Assembly: GCF_006345805.1 (NCBI RefSeq)
Contig: NC_043005.1
Location: 71,610,001-71,674,000, forward strand
Length of the DNA: 64,000 nt
Origin: Octopus sinensis
Taxonomy: Eukaryota
Direction of reading: 5' to 3'
Shown here: positions 23,477-37,314 of the stretch, one piece after another
Position numbering within the stretch: position 1 is the first letter of the stretch
Layout: each line of letters opens with the position of its first letter
Program-made: the position numbers and the translations under genes
Notes under the pieces: model-generated
Told to the model about the DNA's origin: nothing
What the model saw: the letters and a program-made list of their open reading frames with translations, nothing else
The model's database searches: none

Positions 23477-24790
23477 TCATCATCATCATCATCATTTCAT
23501 TTAACGTCCGCTTTCCATGCTAGCATGGGTTGGACGGTTCAACTGGAGTCTGGGGAGCCCGAAGGCTGCACCAGGCCAGTCAGATCTGGCAGTGTTTCTA
23601 CAGCTGGATGCCCTTCCTAACGCCAACCACTCCAAGAGCGTAGTGGGTGATTTTATGTGCCACCGACACAGGTGCCAGACGAGGCTGGCGAACGGCCACG
23701 CTCAGATGGTGTTTTTTATGTGCCACCGACACAGGTGCCAGACGAGGCTGGCAGACGGCCACGCTCGGATGGTGTTTTTATATGCCACCAACACAAGTGC
23801 CAGATGAGGCTGGCGAACGGCCACGATCGGATGGTGTTTGTTACGTGCCCACAGCACGGAGGCCAGTCGATGCGGTACTGGCTACGGCCACGTTCGGATG
23901 GTATTCTTGTGTGCCACCGGCACTGGTACCACAAAGATACAAATTCCATTGATGTTCATCTATTTTGATTTGGTTTGATTGTCACTTGCCTCAACAGGTC
24001 TTCACAAGTGTCACACACTTGCCTCAACAGGTCTTCACAAGTGTCACATACTTGCCTCAACAGGTCTTCACAAGTGTCATAAGAAGGAAGGTATGCACAG
24101 GTGGACTGACTACGTCCCAGGTAGGGGCCACGGGTTATGGCCTGACTAGTCTTGCCGGGTCTTTGGATGGTGTTTTTTATGTGCCACCAACACAGGTGCC
24201 AGATGAGGCTGGCGAACGGCCACGATCGGATGGTGTTTGTTACGTGCCCACAGCACGGAGGCCAGTCGATGTGGTACTGGCTACCGCCACGTTCGGATGG
24301 TTTTCTTGTGTGCCACCGGCATTGGTACCACAAAGATACAAATTCCATTGATGTTCATCTATTTTGATTTGTTTTGATTTGATTTGATTATGATTATTAT
24401 TATTATTATTATCACTTGCCTCAACAGGTCTTCACAAGTGTCATTTGATTTGATTAGCACTTGCCTCAACAGGTCTTCACAAGTGTCATAAGAAGGAAGG
24501 TATGCACAGGTGGACTGACTACATACCAGGAAGGGGCCACGGGCTATGGCCTGACTAGTCTTGCCAGGTCTTCGGACAGGTGCCAGATGAGGCTGACGAA
24601 CCGCCACGATCGGATGGTGTTTGTTATGTGCCCACAGCACGGAGGCCAGTCGATGCGGTACTGACTACAGCCACGTTCGGATGGTTTTCTTGTGTGCCAC
24701 CGGCACTGGTACCACAGGGATACAGATTCCATTGATGTTCATCTATTTTGATTTGTTTTGATTTTTTGATTTGTTGATTTTCACTTGCCT
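23477..24790 (-). mobile_element. SINE family C copy expanded into a hierarchical tandem array
   Basis: ~62-bp units, 33-bp units (CTTGCCTCAACAGGTCTTCACAAGTGTCACACA) and ~390-bp higher-order units (anchors at 23829, 24228, 24612). Confidence 0.85.
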
Positions 24791-25134
24791 CAACAGGTCT
24801 TTATATATATATATATATATTTATTTATATATATATATATATACATACTCGTACACATAGAGAAGGGTGTGGCCAAACACATAAACAGCTCTAACTATTT
24901 AACGAAAGCCAAATACTAAATTACCTGGAGGAGTAAAAGCCTATATGTGCTTTACACAAAATGTCTCATGAGTAAATGAAATAAAAAAAAGATTCTAATT
25001 GCTTATTTATTTGAAATTATAGTTGCTTTATTTTATTCTCATTCTGTTTATTTTCCTTTTGGTTTGTATTTTTGTTCATGCAAAATGCTATAATTCAAAA
25101 TAAGTGCATGTGCATTCACAAACACACACACACA

Positions 25135-25173
<39 letters not shown>

Positions 25174-25604
25174 ACACATGCATTTTTGCTGGTAATTTTT
25201 CAAGCAGTCGATTTGTGGGAGCTATAATGTAATTATTTTTGGAGAATAGGTTTAGTTTAGTTTACAGAAATATATTCTAGTGGCATAATAATGAAATATT
25301 CCTCATGGGTGTTATTATTTAATATGTCATGCTGGGACGCATATGCTGCTCGTCATGCATGCTGGCAGAATCATTAGCACACCAGACAAAATGCTTCGTA
25401 ACATTTTGTCTCTCTTTACATTCTGAGTTCAAATTCTACCAAGGTGAACTTTTCTTTTTATCCTTTAGGGGTCGAGAAAATAAGTACCAGTTGAGCACTG
25501 GATTCGAAATAATTGCCTAACCTCTTCCCCCAAATTCCAGGCTTTGTACCTGTAGTAGATACTTTTACACTATATATGTAGTCATTGCTGATTGATACAC
25601 TATC

Positions 25605-25995
25605 ATCATCCTCACCATCTTCTTCATCATCGTTTAATGTCTGTTTTCCATGGGTGGGACGGTTCGACCGGGGTCTGGGAAGCCAGGAGGCTGCACCAGG
25701 CTCTAGTCTGATCTGGCAGTGTTTCTACAGCTGGATGCCCTTCCTAAAGCCAACCACTCCGTGAGTGTAGTGGGTGCTTTTTATGTGCCACTGGCACAGG
25801 TGCCAGGGGAGGCTGGCAATGGCCATAATCAGTTGGTGCTTTTTACGTGCCATCAGTACAGAAGCCAGTCAAAGCAGCGCTGGCAACAGCCACATTTGGA
25901 TGGTGCTTTTTACATGCCACTGGCACAGGTATCACTACTACAATTTCCATTTGATTTTTTGATGTTGATGTGCTTGATTCAATAGGTCTCCTCAA
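25605..25995 (-). mobile_element. SINE family C
   Basis: GTTTCTACAGCTGGATGCCCTTCCTAA core, collinear with the 23500-23700 segment. Confidence 0.8.
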
Positions 25996-26524
25996 GCACA
26001 GGGGGTCTCCTCAGGATGGTCATGACAGGAATGCCTTTGATCATAGGCTTTGTTAAGTGCAGATCTAGGACATAACAAAAACAACAGCAACAACAAAGCA
26101 AGAACAACTACAAGCATCCAGACTACATAGTTATATATTCATATCTTACTTGACTATGAATGGCCTGATGTTTAGCCTTCGGTAAGCAACAGTAGCACTG
26201 AATAATGAATGACAGTTCAGTTAGTCTGTAGTGCTAAGCGATCCTATGAGTCAGGCCATAATAGAAACATTCTCTACCATATGAATAAATAATTGGTAGT
26301 GTTGGTTGAGAGATAATATCTCTCCTTACACAATGTTGCTTCTAGATTCTAGTGATGACAAAGTATACCTTTGTTGTTGCTTGTTCCTTCTTGAGTCATA
26401 AGGACCGGTTTCCTGCTTTCATTGGTGTATAGATTCCCTACCTGGATGGGATGCCAGTCTGTTGCAGGTGAGCTGCTAGATGCAGGAGGAAAGAGTGACA
26501 GAAAGTGATGTGATCTCCTCTTTT

Positions 26525-26885
26525 GTAGGGGATGCATTGCACGGGGGCCTAGTCTTGGGTGAATTGTAAACACAATACCTATATCATTTGGATAATATTG
26601 GTGGAATATTTTCCACATGGTGCAAATAATATATTACTCACAGCAGCATTACAGACAATAGAGTTTCAGCTGCTTAAGTCGTGCCCAAGGATCAAGTCCC
26701 ATCATGCCATTAATTTTTTTAGTGATTGATCTTTGTGGCACTTCAATCCTCATTATGTCTTGTTTTTTGTAGGGAGACCACAATGAGCAGCAGTATTCGA
26801 AGTGGGGCTTAGCAAATGTGGAGAAGAGAAGGATGATGGTTTCATGATCCCTAGATTGAAAAGTTCTGAGGATCCATAAGTACAT
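26525..26885 (-). mobile_element. CR1/L2-like LINE ORF2 C-terminal fragment (post-RT region), degraded
   Basis: ILRTFQSRD..FAKPHFEYCCSLWSPYKKQDIMRIEVPQRSITK..L.P.WARLKQLKLYCL then WKI..NDIGI.F..HPRLG is a typical CR1-group motif. Confidence 0.85.
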
Positions 26886-27452
26886 TCTACAGGCAATATA
26901 TATATGACAGATTTCTTACAGTTTCTGTTTATCAATCCACTGTCAAGGCTTTAGTTGGCCCAAGGCTACGACAAAAGACACTTGCCCAAGTTGTCATGCA
27001 GTGGGACTGAGCCTGGAACCATGTGGCTGGGAAGCAAACTTTGAGACAACTCATATGCTTCAGCCTTATTCTGACCTCATTAACAAAGCTTAATCTTTTA
27101 TGTATTTGCTAGAATAGTGATGAACAGAACACTAAGAGAATTTACAAGATTGTGCTTTTTCCTGTAGGCAGACAAAGTAGTTTACAGTATAAAATAAAAG
27201 CTTGAATGAAACACTAATAAAGAGCCAAAAACAGGGGAATTATAAATACATTTGTCCTTCCAGAAATAGCAGCTGCATTTTAAACAAATCATAACTGAAA
27301 ACGAGTACACCCCAAGCATTAGGCTTCCACATATTTTCCATCAACAGGTTTTAATTCAAAAGACTTTTATAGAAGATATTTCCTCAAAGTGCCACGCATT
27401 CAGAATGAACCCACCACCACATAACTGAAGAGCAAAACTTCTCATCCACATA

Positions 27453-27510
<58 letters not shown>

Positions 27511-27699
27511 TGCACAAGGCCATACCTCTCTTGAAACGGTAGCAAATGCATGTAATCAGTGTTAATATCAGAGCAGAAGATGTCAAGAAAGAAATCAGCT
27601 AAAACTGATTTAATAAAATCTGAAGCTCCTTTTGACAGCAGGTTACTCTTGAAAGAAGATTGATTGTGATGAGTTGCACAATACTGGAAGATATGAGTA

Positions 27700-27913
27700 C
27701 ATTGTCCTACATATACACATATACACTCATATACATATATATATATACACAATCATATACATACATACATACATGCATATATACATATTTATATATATAT
27801 ATATATATATATAAACACACACAGATGTACATAATATATATTCACACGCATATACATATATATGCACACACTCATACACATATACATACATACATAAACA
27901 TATATATACACAC

Positions 27914-27951
<38 letters not shown>

Positions 27952-28194
27952 CTACCTATACACACACACACAAACACACATACACATATACACACACACA
28001 TATATTTACATACACAAATGTATATAAATACATATACATATATATATGTGCATGATTGTATGTGTGTACATATATATGCAAGAGTGTGTATGTATGTATG
28101 TATATGTATGTGCGTGTGTATATATATATATATACACATATGTGTTTGTGAGTGTGTACCTATGTATATACATACAACTACCCTCACATGTGTG

Positions 28195-28245
<51 letters not shown>

Positions 28246-28250
28246 CACAT
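27700..28250. repeat. compound (CA)n/(TA)n/(TG)n microsatellite field
   Basis: Direct observation; source of the YI/HT ORFs. Confidence 0.9.
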
Positions 28251-28737
28251 GCATGCACACATTGTAAATGAAACAATGATAGGGAATAAATGGGCCACCA
28301 TTATTTAATCAGATTACCTTCCTGTAACTGCTGCTGCTGCTACTGCTACTGCTACTGCTGCTGCTGATGGTTTGGAACCAATAATTTTTCAAAGAGAAGA
28401 AGAAAGAACAAAATACACCAGGAGCAGTAGCGGGAGGAAGAGGAGGAAGAGAGATGAGGCTGGAAGAAGAATGAAGATTTGGAAGAACCGGATGAGGAGG
28501 AGAAGTAAGAGGATGAGAATGACTAGAAAGAAAGAAAGAAGGAAAGGAAGGAAGGAAGGAAGAAAGAATGAATGAAAGGAAGAAAGTGAATGGTGCAACA
28601 TTTCACAGCATGCAAAAGTAAAAAAAAAAAAAAAAAAACAGAAAAAAAACTAAACGACTAAAAAAAAAATAGTGTTATTTCATCATTAAGATGGTTTATC
28701 TGTTAAAATTTTGTAGATATTTCACAATTATGAACCA

Positions 28738-28770
<33 letters not shown>

Positions 28771-30149
28771 TGTTTCTAACAGTAATAATAATATAAAGAC
28801 AAAAGACAATAAAAGAAAATTATACAATAATAAAATAAAATAAAATAAAATAAAATAACAAAAAAAAACAAAACAAATACACCAAAGAGTAAGAAACATA
28901 ACAAATAAAAAAAAACTCAACAAAAATACATCAATATTTTATATGATTTGATTTCTCATTTTATCCCAGTTTATTCATTCAGGGTTTTGATTAGCGGTTG
29001 TTTTGGAGAGGGTTGTTGTTGTTGTTGTTGTTGTTGTTGCTGTCTTTTTTGTATATTTTATCTTTTTCATAGTCCTCTCCCCCCTCCTCATACCTTTATT
29101 CTTTTATTAGTAAGGAATATTGATTATTGTTTTTGTCTTTTTTCTTTTGTATTTTGTTCTTGTCTTCTTTTTTTCTGTTTTTTTTTTGTTTTTGTTTTTG
29201 TCAATTTCCAATCTTTCTATTGATGTTAGAATACACAATTCTTATTCTTTCCTCACTCTCATTCCCTCCCTCTCTCTGTCTCTCTTTGTATCTCTGCCAT
29301 CTTCTTTCCATCTATGTTTCTCATTTCTCTCTTTCTTTCTTTCTCTCTAACAAACTCTCTATTTCTCTACTGCTCCGTCTCACTTTCTTTCTCTCTAACA
29401 AACTCTCTATTTCTCCACTGCTCCGTCTCACTTTCTTTCTGTCTTCCTCTTTCTCTCTCATTCACACACACTCTCTCGCTCTCTCTTACTTGTTTCTCTC
29501 TTTCCCTTTCACTTCTAACATTGTCTTCATAGAATAAATTGCTTGGCTGGAAATAGAAAATGTTGGTCAAGTTGAATGGCTCAGGTTCTGTAATGATTAC
29601 TGGTCTCTCAATCTCTCTTTCTCTATCATTCTATCTCTCTCAATGTCTCTCTCTCTCTCTCTCGTTTCTCTCATTGGCTCTCTCTCTCTTCTCTCTCTCT
29701 CTATCTCTCTCTCTTTCTCTGTATATGTCTGTTGGAAAGTAAATGCTTCCAAACTGCAAATCGAAGATTGGGTTATCACTCCAGGAATTAAGTTTTCATG
29801 TAGTGATGTGAAGAGCACGAGAGGCCTTGTCAGATTTTCCACACACACACACACACACACATACATATGCACACGCATACACACATATATATATGCATGT
29901 ACGTACGTATATATATATATATATATATATAGTCAATTCAAATAAACAAACACTTCAAATAAATGAATAAAAATGGACAACACGAAAATGTGCATAAAAA
30001 AAGTATCAGCTTGACGCTCAGTGAAAGGAGAGAGTGTCTAGTTTGCATAAGAAGGCGGCAGAGTAGCATGGTCACAATTTCTTTGTATAAAAGTTTCCCT
30101 GTACATCAGTAAATTGTTGTGTAATTTCACATTATCTGTGTACTACAGA

Positions 30150-30395
30150 TATTCTTACAGCTGATACGATCAACTGAACAGCCTGCTCGTGAAATTAACG
30201 TGCAAGTGACCGAGCAATCCACAGACATTTGTACCCCTAACGTAGATTCAGCATAACACAGAGTGTGACAAGGCCAGCCCTTTGAAATACAGGTACAACT
30301 CATTTTTGCCAACTGAGTGGACTGGAGCAACATGAAATAAAGTGTCTTGCTCAAGGACACAACGCATCGCCGGGAATTTAACTCACGAACTTACA
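30150..30395 (-). mobile_element. SINE family D
   Basis: Reverse complement of GTTGTGTCCTTGAGCAAGACACTTTATTTCA..TTGCACGTTAATTTCACGAGCAGGCTGTT; homologous to 36205. Confidence 0.8.
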
Positions 30396-31307
30396 TACAA
30401 ATATATACATCATCAGCACCATCATTCAATGTCCACCTTTCATGCTGGCAAAGATTGAATGATTTGACACGATCTGGCAATCCAGAAGGCAGCACAAAGG
30501 TTCTTCTGTTTATCTTAGAATGATTTTTGTTGCTGGGTGCTCTTCCTGTCACATACCACACCAACCACTTTCATGTGTCTCCCCCATCACTGCCTGCACC
30601 AGCAAGGTAATCAAGCAAGCTGCAAGATAATGCCCCTCAGCTGAAGAGGGAGTAGTATTTAGGGGAGAGACTTTGTACCAGGTGATGAGAGAGAGAAAGA
30701 GAGAGAGAGAGAGAACCAGTGATGAAGAAATTATGTCAGGATGCACTCTCAAGTTGCAGGAAAGGCTATATAAGGGTATATAAGTAAAGTGGTACTGGAG
30801 ATTGGATTGGGCAAGCACAAAGCTTATATATATAAGTATATATATATATTTATATATTATGTATGTAACTCATCATCATCATCATCATCATTCAACATCT
30901 ATTGTCCATGCTGGCATGGGTTGGATGGTTTGATCAGGGCTGGCAAGCTGGAATGCCACACCAGACTCCAATCTGATTTGGCATGGTTCCTACGGCTGGA
31001 TGCCCTTCCTAACACCAACATTGAGAGTGTAATAGATGCTTTTACATGCCATACATACACATGTCTTCTGTAAGCAATACACCCTGTTGCTTGGTTGTTT
31101 TGATGCTTCTGATGTGGGAAGAGTAGTTGAATAAAGATATCTTTATTGTAAAATAAGTAAGGGTTAGCAACAGGAAAGGCATTTGCACATAAAATACTTC
31201 TTTAATATACCTTGTCCAACACATGGTAGCATGTAAAAAGTAGATATAAAAATGATGTAGACGATGATGATGATGAACAATAATGATGAGGAGAATTTAC
31301 ATATGTG

Positions 31308-31341
<34 letters not shown>

Positions 31342-31972
31342 ATAATACATACACACATATATATATACATATAAATTTTGAGAGACTGAAGTGGACACTT
31401 CCTGATAAGCAAGCAATAACCAGGTGAAACTAGCCAACCGGGTTTACAGTTTGGTTTGTCAGTTTTAACTAGAAACTTTAATAAACATACATTTAACCTC
31501 TCCCTGCACACAAAGTCTGTGTACACAGAAAGGCTAAATGAATGTTTATTAAATGTAGACATGTATACACATCGAAAATATATACACAGGCCTACTGTTT
31601 CACAATTTTATTTAATTAATAAATTCCACTTATGAATGTACAGATATGCAAATAAGATTAGTGCTTTTTACTCATTGTATTTTACATAAATGATTCTAAC
31701 ACACATATTGCTTCTGTCTCTGTAGAACAAATAAAGACACTTTTGCTGGGCTAACAATAGCCAGACTAATTTACTTGTATTGTTTAAAAGGTCATTGTAC
31801 AAGAAACATGTGCTTTAACCTTAGGTTCTACTTCCAAAGCAAGATTGTAAATTTGCTTATAAAACATATGCAGGTCAACTTATTTTCCTTGTATCCAGAT
31901 ACATGCCATTTTAGTTCTTTAGTTAATGTGTTTATGTTCACGTATCTGTATGTGTGTGCACATGGACCTGAG

Positions 31973-32019
<47 letters not shown>

Positions 32020-32261
32020 CTTTATTAACAAAGCTACAAAAGCATCACAAAAAGAAAGAGTACTACTCAGAGTTTCACGTTCCTGTTCCTCGGAATGTGA
32101 AACTCTGCATAACATTTTTATATATATATATGCATTAATGGGTAACCATGGAAAATCCCTGGGTGATAAAATTCATTTTTGCAGTTATTTACATGTGACA
32201 AACAGTATTTAAATAGGATAATTAAATAATAATAATTCTGCTTTATTATTTAATAAATCAT

Positions 32262-32460
32262 CATCATCATCACCACCATTATCATCATCATCATCATTTA
32301 ACATCCGCTTTCTACGCTGACATGGGTTGGGCAGTTTGAATGGAGCTGGCCAGCTGGATCCCTACACCAGGCTCCATTTGTCTGCTTCAACATGGTTTCT
32401 ATGGTTGGATGCCCTTCCTAACACCAACCACTTTACAGAGTGCACTGGGTGCTTTTTATG
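32262..32460 (-). mobile_element. SINE family C 3' part
   Basis: (CAT)n then TTTAACATCCGCTTT..GGATGCCCTTCCTAAC. Confidence 0.75.
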
Positions 32461-32794
32461 TCCATTTCTGCAATGTATTCAGCAAACTAAATAACCCATG
32501 ACTATTTTAACAAAATGCAGAAACAGTGAAATTAAACACAGCAGTGAATTGGTCTGGGTGTGGCTGCCAAAAGATGGGCAAACAGAATGAGTGAGAGCGA
32601 GAGCAGAGAAGACATCAAGAACTATATTTAAAATATGCAAATGTATGCATATGTTGCATATTAAAAATGTTTATTCAGATTTGGAGATTTGCAAGCATAT
32701 TTATATGTTTTGTACTTATATCTATGAATGTGTAAATGTGGTGTATTTGTGCACACATATATATGTGTGTGTATGTATATATATATATATGTAT

Positions 32795-32829
<35 letters not shown>

Positions 32830-32831
32830 TG

Positions 32832-33026
32832 ATAGAAATGGTAAGACAACAAAAGAATGAAAGAGACCTCGATATTATGTAAATAGAAGAATTTATCTGT
32901 AAATGTAATATGTGACAATTATTCGGTAGCCATGATAAAAATCTGAGTTTCAGATGTCGGGGTGGAAATACACGCTGCTATCTCTTCAGTTATTCAGCCA
33001 TCGGATTTCCACCCCGACATCCGAAA
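32832..33026. mobile_element. PLE-like remnant ending in a 22-bp inverted repeat, between (TA)n tracts
   Basis: TTTCAGATGTCGGGGTGGAAAT (32948) pairs with ATTTCCACCCCGACATCCGAAA (33005). Confidence 0.5.
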
Positions 33027-35674
33027 CATATATATAATCTCTTCTACTCTAGGTACAAGGTCTGAAATTTTGGGGGAGGGGGGGGCAATCGATTAGATCG
33101 ACTCCAGTACGCAGCTGGTACTTAATTTATCAACTATGATAGGATGAAAGGCAAAGTCGGCCTTGGCGGAATTGTTATTATGTTAAACTGTCATATGTCC
33201 AAATTTGGCCAAACGTGCTTTTACCATTATTCAATTTTGCTTGCAATAGCTGATTCTTTTGGTCCAACTATCGTATCTACAGCTGTTTCAGATGCCAAGA
33301 CATGACAATTGTCAAAGCATAGTACAACAGTTTAGCATTTTTCAAAAGTGTTGTATGTCCCACATACGGCAGTTTTGCAAAAATATTTCTGACTGAAAAT
33401 ATCATACATGCATGGAATCAAGGATTTTATGCACCCAACAAAGTATTATTGTTAAACTGAAACTGTTGCTAATGTAAAAAGAAATGGAATTGTGATACTA
33501 TTTTTCCATTTTCTGAAAAAGCAACGTTTTGGACATATGACACTTTTGCATAATAGCAACAATATATGTGTGAGAGAAGTATGTATATATGTATAAGTAC
33601 TCATGCACAAGTATGTACACACACGTGTGTGTATAACTACAGTCATGTGTACCATCCATAACAATATTGAACACATATATATTACGCATAAATAAGCAGT
33701 TATGCAAATTACCATTTTTTTTCTCTTGGCAATTTTCTCTCATTTTTCTTTCATTTCCATTGTACCTTTCATATTTCTCATGCCCCTCTCTCTGTCACTC
33801 TCTTACTCACTCTCTCTCTCTCTCTCTTAAAATTAATCTCCACTCTTTTAGCTTGCCTCCACCCTGCAGACACACATGCAGTGCCACAATGCCACCATAC
33901 GTTGCTTGGTTTCTGTTATCATTCTCTTTAGTACCATACTTGTATATATGTAATTCTCTCAATCACACTCTCTCTCCTTCTCTCTCCCCCTCTCTCTCTC
34001 TCTCTACTCCACTCTCTACCGACATCAAACCTTATACTCAGCACCTTCAACACTTAGAGATACCCTCTCTCAGTCTCTCTAGTTTATCTTTATTTTTACC
34101 CTATACTCTTCTTTCTTTTTCCTTATTACCATGGCACTTTCCTTCTTCTCTTTCTCCTACTTGTATTGATAATAATTACTTTTTATATGTGATTTTATAT
34201 GTATATTTTAATATTCATGTTTTTATTTGTCTGTATGAAAAATTGGACGCATGTGTGTACGTTGTGTGCAAAATAAAATCTAACCAATATGATTGCGTGT
34301 GCTTCATTTGCATGTTTGTGTATAGGTGCGTATGGTTATGTGTATGCTCATGCATAAAAATGTGTGTGTAAGTGTATACAGCTGTATACAAGCAAAAAAC
34401 ATGAAATATGTATTTGTATAAGTTTGCATACACACATACATACATATACATATATATATGTGTGTGAATATACGCATATATATATATATATATACACATA
34501 TACATATATAAATTTGTATACAAGTTTGTATCAATCACCAGTGATATAGAATTTACACAAGTTCACAATTATATATGTCTTTAAACAAAATCATAATGCT
34601 TAATGCATATTATATACTGTGTAGGCGTGTCGATATGCGTGTGTGTGTGTGTGTGTGTATATATATATTTATAAGTAAAATCATATTAAACTGTGTTTAC
34701 TGCTAAATATCATTTTCACTTGTTATTATAATATATATACATATAACATATAAATCAATGTTTGCTATGAAATATCTTTAATTTTAAATTAAGTCTGTCT
34801 ACTTTGATTGAAGATTCTATTTTGAATGGACTACTAAATTCCAAAATGAAATGAAAATTCTGTTTTACCAAATATAATGTTTGATAAATTATAAGACAGT
34901 ATTGGTTTCTTTGCACCATTGTCTGTTTGCAGTGTATATTTTTTTTCCGTTTTTTTTTTCCTTTTTTGTTTCTATCTCATTATCAGTAAAATTTTTCAGC
35001 TGATTCTAATGAATCATTTGTTTTATTATTTAAGCTATATTTTTTACCTTTTTCTTATTTAACAATATTGCTGCTAGATTTAATGACTCGTGTATCTTTG
35101 CAATCACATTTGATTTTTGAAGTTAAAGGTAATTTATAAAATGGAATTTCTGCATGCCACAAATATTTCCATCAAATTACATTGGTCAAACAATATTTTC
35201 CCAAAAATATGTCAATTACATTCCGCTTACAAGTCTGATAAAATTGTCAGTCATCATTTAACATGAATTTTCCATGCCAGCATCAGTTAGTTTGTTCAGC
35301 AAGAGCCAAGTCAGATAACTGTGCCAAGCTCCAATGTCTGCTTCGACATGGTTTCCACAGCTGGATACCGTTCCTAATGCTAACCATTTCACAGACTTAA
35401 CTGGTGAGATTAGTTCACCTTTAGTATTCAAATTACTTCGTCAAATGTCATGCTTGTTTATTCACATTGTATTTAATTAATCATTATTGCATAGCTTTAA
35501 GACTTTGATGATATGATTGCTTAGTTTTCGAATGACATTGCAGGGCTGGTGTGAAGAGCTGGATCTGGCCAATTTCAACACGAAACAAGTAGATAATTAG
35601 GATCAGATATGACTGGTTGAAATGCTAAAAGGTTATATTGCACTATATATGTATATGGTATCTGTACAGGTCTA

Positions 35675-36070
35675 TACTCTTCTACTCTTTTACTTGTTTC
35701 ACCCATTTGACTGTGGCCATGCTGGAGCATTTCCTTTAGTCGAGCAAATCAACCGCAAGACTTATTCTTTGTAAGCTTAGTACTTATTCTATCGGTCTCT
35801 TTTGCCGAACCGCTAAGTTACAGGGTCATAAACACACCAGCATCGGTTGTCAAGCGATGTTCGGGGGGGGGGACAAACAGACACACAAGCATATATATAC
35901 AAATATACGACAGGCTTCTTTAGGTTTCTGTCTACCAAATCCACTCACAAGGCCTTGGTCGGCCCAAGGCTATAGCAGAAGACACTTGCCCAAGGTGCCA
36001 TGCAGTGGGACTGAACTCAGAACCATGTGGTTCATAAGCAAGCTACATACCACACAGCCACTCCTACACC
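35675..36070 (-). mobile_element. SINE family A, near full length
   Basis: Reverse complement of the 15177 copy. Confidence 0.9.
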
Positions 36071-36204
36071 TGTTATGAAAATTATCAGTAAAAAACTAAA
36101 CAATAACCTTTCCTGTTTCCAGTAATGGAAAACAAAAAAGAAGTCCTATATACGAATATAAATACGTGTTTGAATTGTATAGATATTAATGTATAAGTGA
36201 AAAT

Positions 36205-36470
36205 GCATGGCCTAGTGGTTAGGATATGTGGCTCACTATTGTAAGGTCAGGAGTTCAATTCCTGGATTTGTATTGTGTCCTAGGGCAAGACACTTTATTT
36301 CGTGTTGCTTCAGTTCACTCAGCTAGCACAAATGGATAGGATCTGTAATTCAAAGGCCCAGCTTTGTCACATTCTTTGTCATGCAAAATCTCCCTGAGAA
36401 GTTAACATTACGGGTAAGCATGTCTGTGGAGTGCTCAGCCATTTGTACATTATTTTCACGAACAGCGTTA
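36205..36470 (+). mobile_element. SINE family D (tRNA-like head TGGCCTAGTGG / GAGTTCAATTCC)
   Basis: A- and B-box-like motifs followed by TTGTGTCCTAGGGCAAGACACTTTATTTC. Confidence 0.8.
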
Positions 36471-36559
36471 AGCACATATTTTTCTCTCTTTCTCACTTAT
36501 ACTTATTGATTTCTTTATATCTACCCACCTCCTCACCTCTGCAACTGTGGGAATGAACC

Positions 36560-36611
36560 CGGAACCATGTGGTTGGTAAGCAAGCTACTTACACAGCACA
36601 GCCCTCCTGTG

Positions 36612-36653
<42 letters not shown>

Positions 36654-37190
36654 TATAGGCACAAGAGTGGCTGTGTGGTATATATATATATATATATATT
36701 TATTATATATATCTATATATATATATATATATATATATTTATTTATATTTATATATATTTATATATATATATATATATATATATAAGTGCAGGAGTGTCT
36801 GTGTGGTTACAAGTATGCTTTCCAACCACGTGGTTCCAGGTTCAATCTCACTGTGTGGTACCTTGGCCAATGTCTTCTATTATAGCCTCAGGCCAACTAA
36901 AGTTTTGTGAGTGAATTTAGTAGACAGATACTGAAAGAAGCCCGCTGTGTATGTGTGTGTGTGTGTGCGTGTGTGAGTGTGTGTGCGTGTGCACATATTT
37001 GTGTGTCTATGTTTGTCCCTCCAGCATCTTTTGACAAATGATGTTGGTGTGTTTACATCCCCATAACTTGGTGGATTGACAAAAGAGACCAATAGAATAC
37101 ACACTACGCTTACAAAGAATAAATCCTGGAATCAATCTGTTTGACTAAACGTAGTGCTGCAGTCAAATTACTGAAAGAAATAAAAAAAAA
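36560..37190 (+). mobile_element. SINE family A fragments interrupted by (TA)n
   Basis: Several head fragments followed by body and tail. Confidence 0.75.
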
Positions 37191-37265
37191 CAGACTAAAA
37201 AGAATATATATATGCATATATACACATATATATGAGTACATACATATATACATACATATATACAT

Positions 37266-37314
<49 letters not shown>

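Noticed and set aside
23517-24732. Overlapping 60-130 aa ORFs with repeated peptides; CRISPR-like spacing
   Set aside because: Read-through of a SINE-derived array. Inter-repeat sequences are themselves repeated rather than unique spacers, and the DNA is eukaryotic.
33667-34371. 234-aa ORF
   Set aside because: Composed of (CT)n-rich and (TG)n-rich low-complexity sequence with no domain signal.
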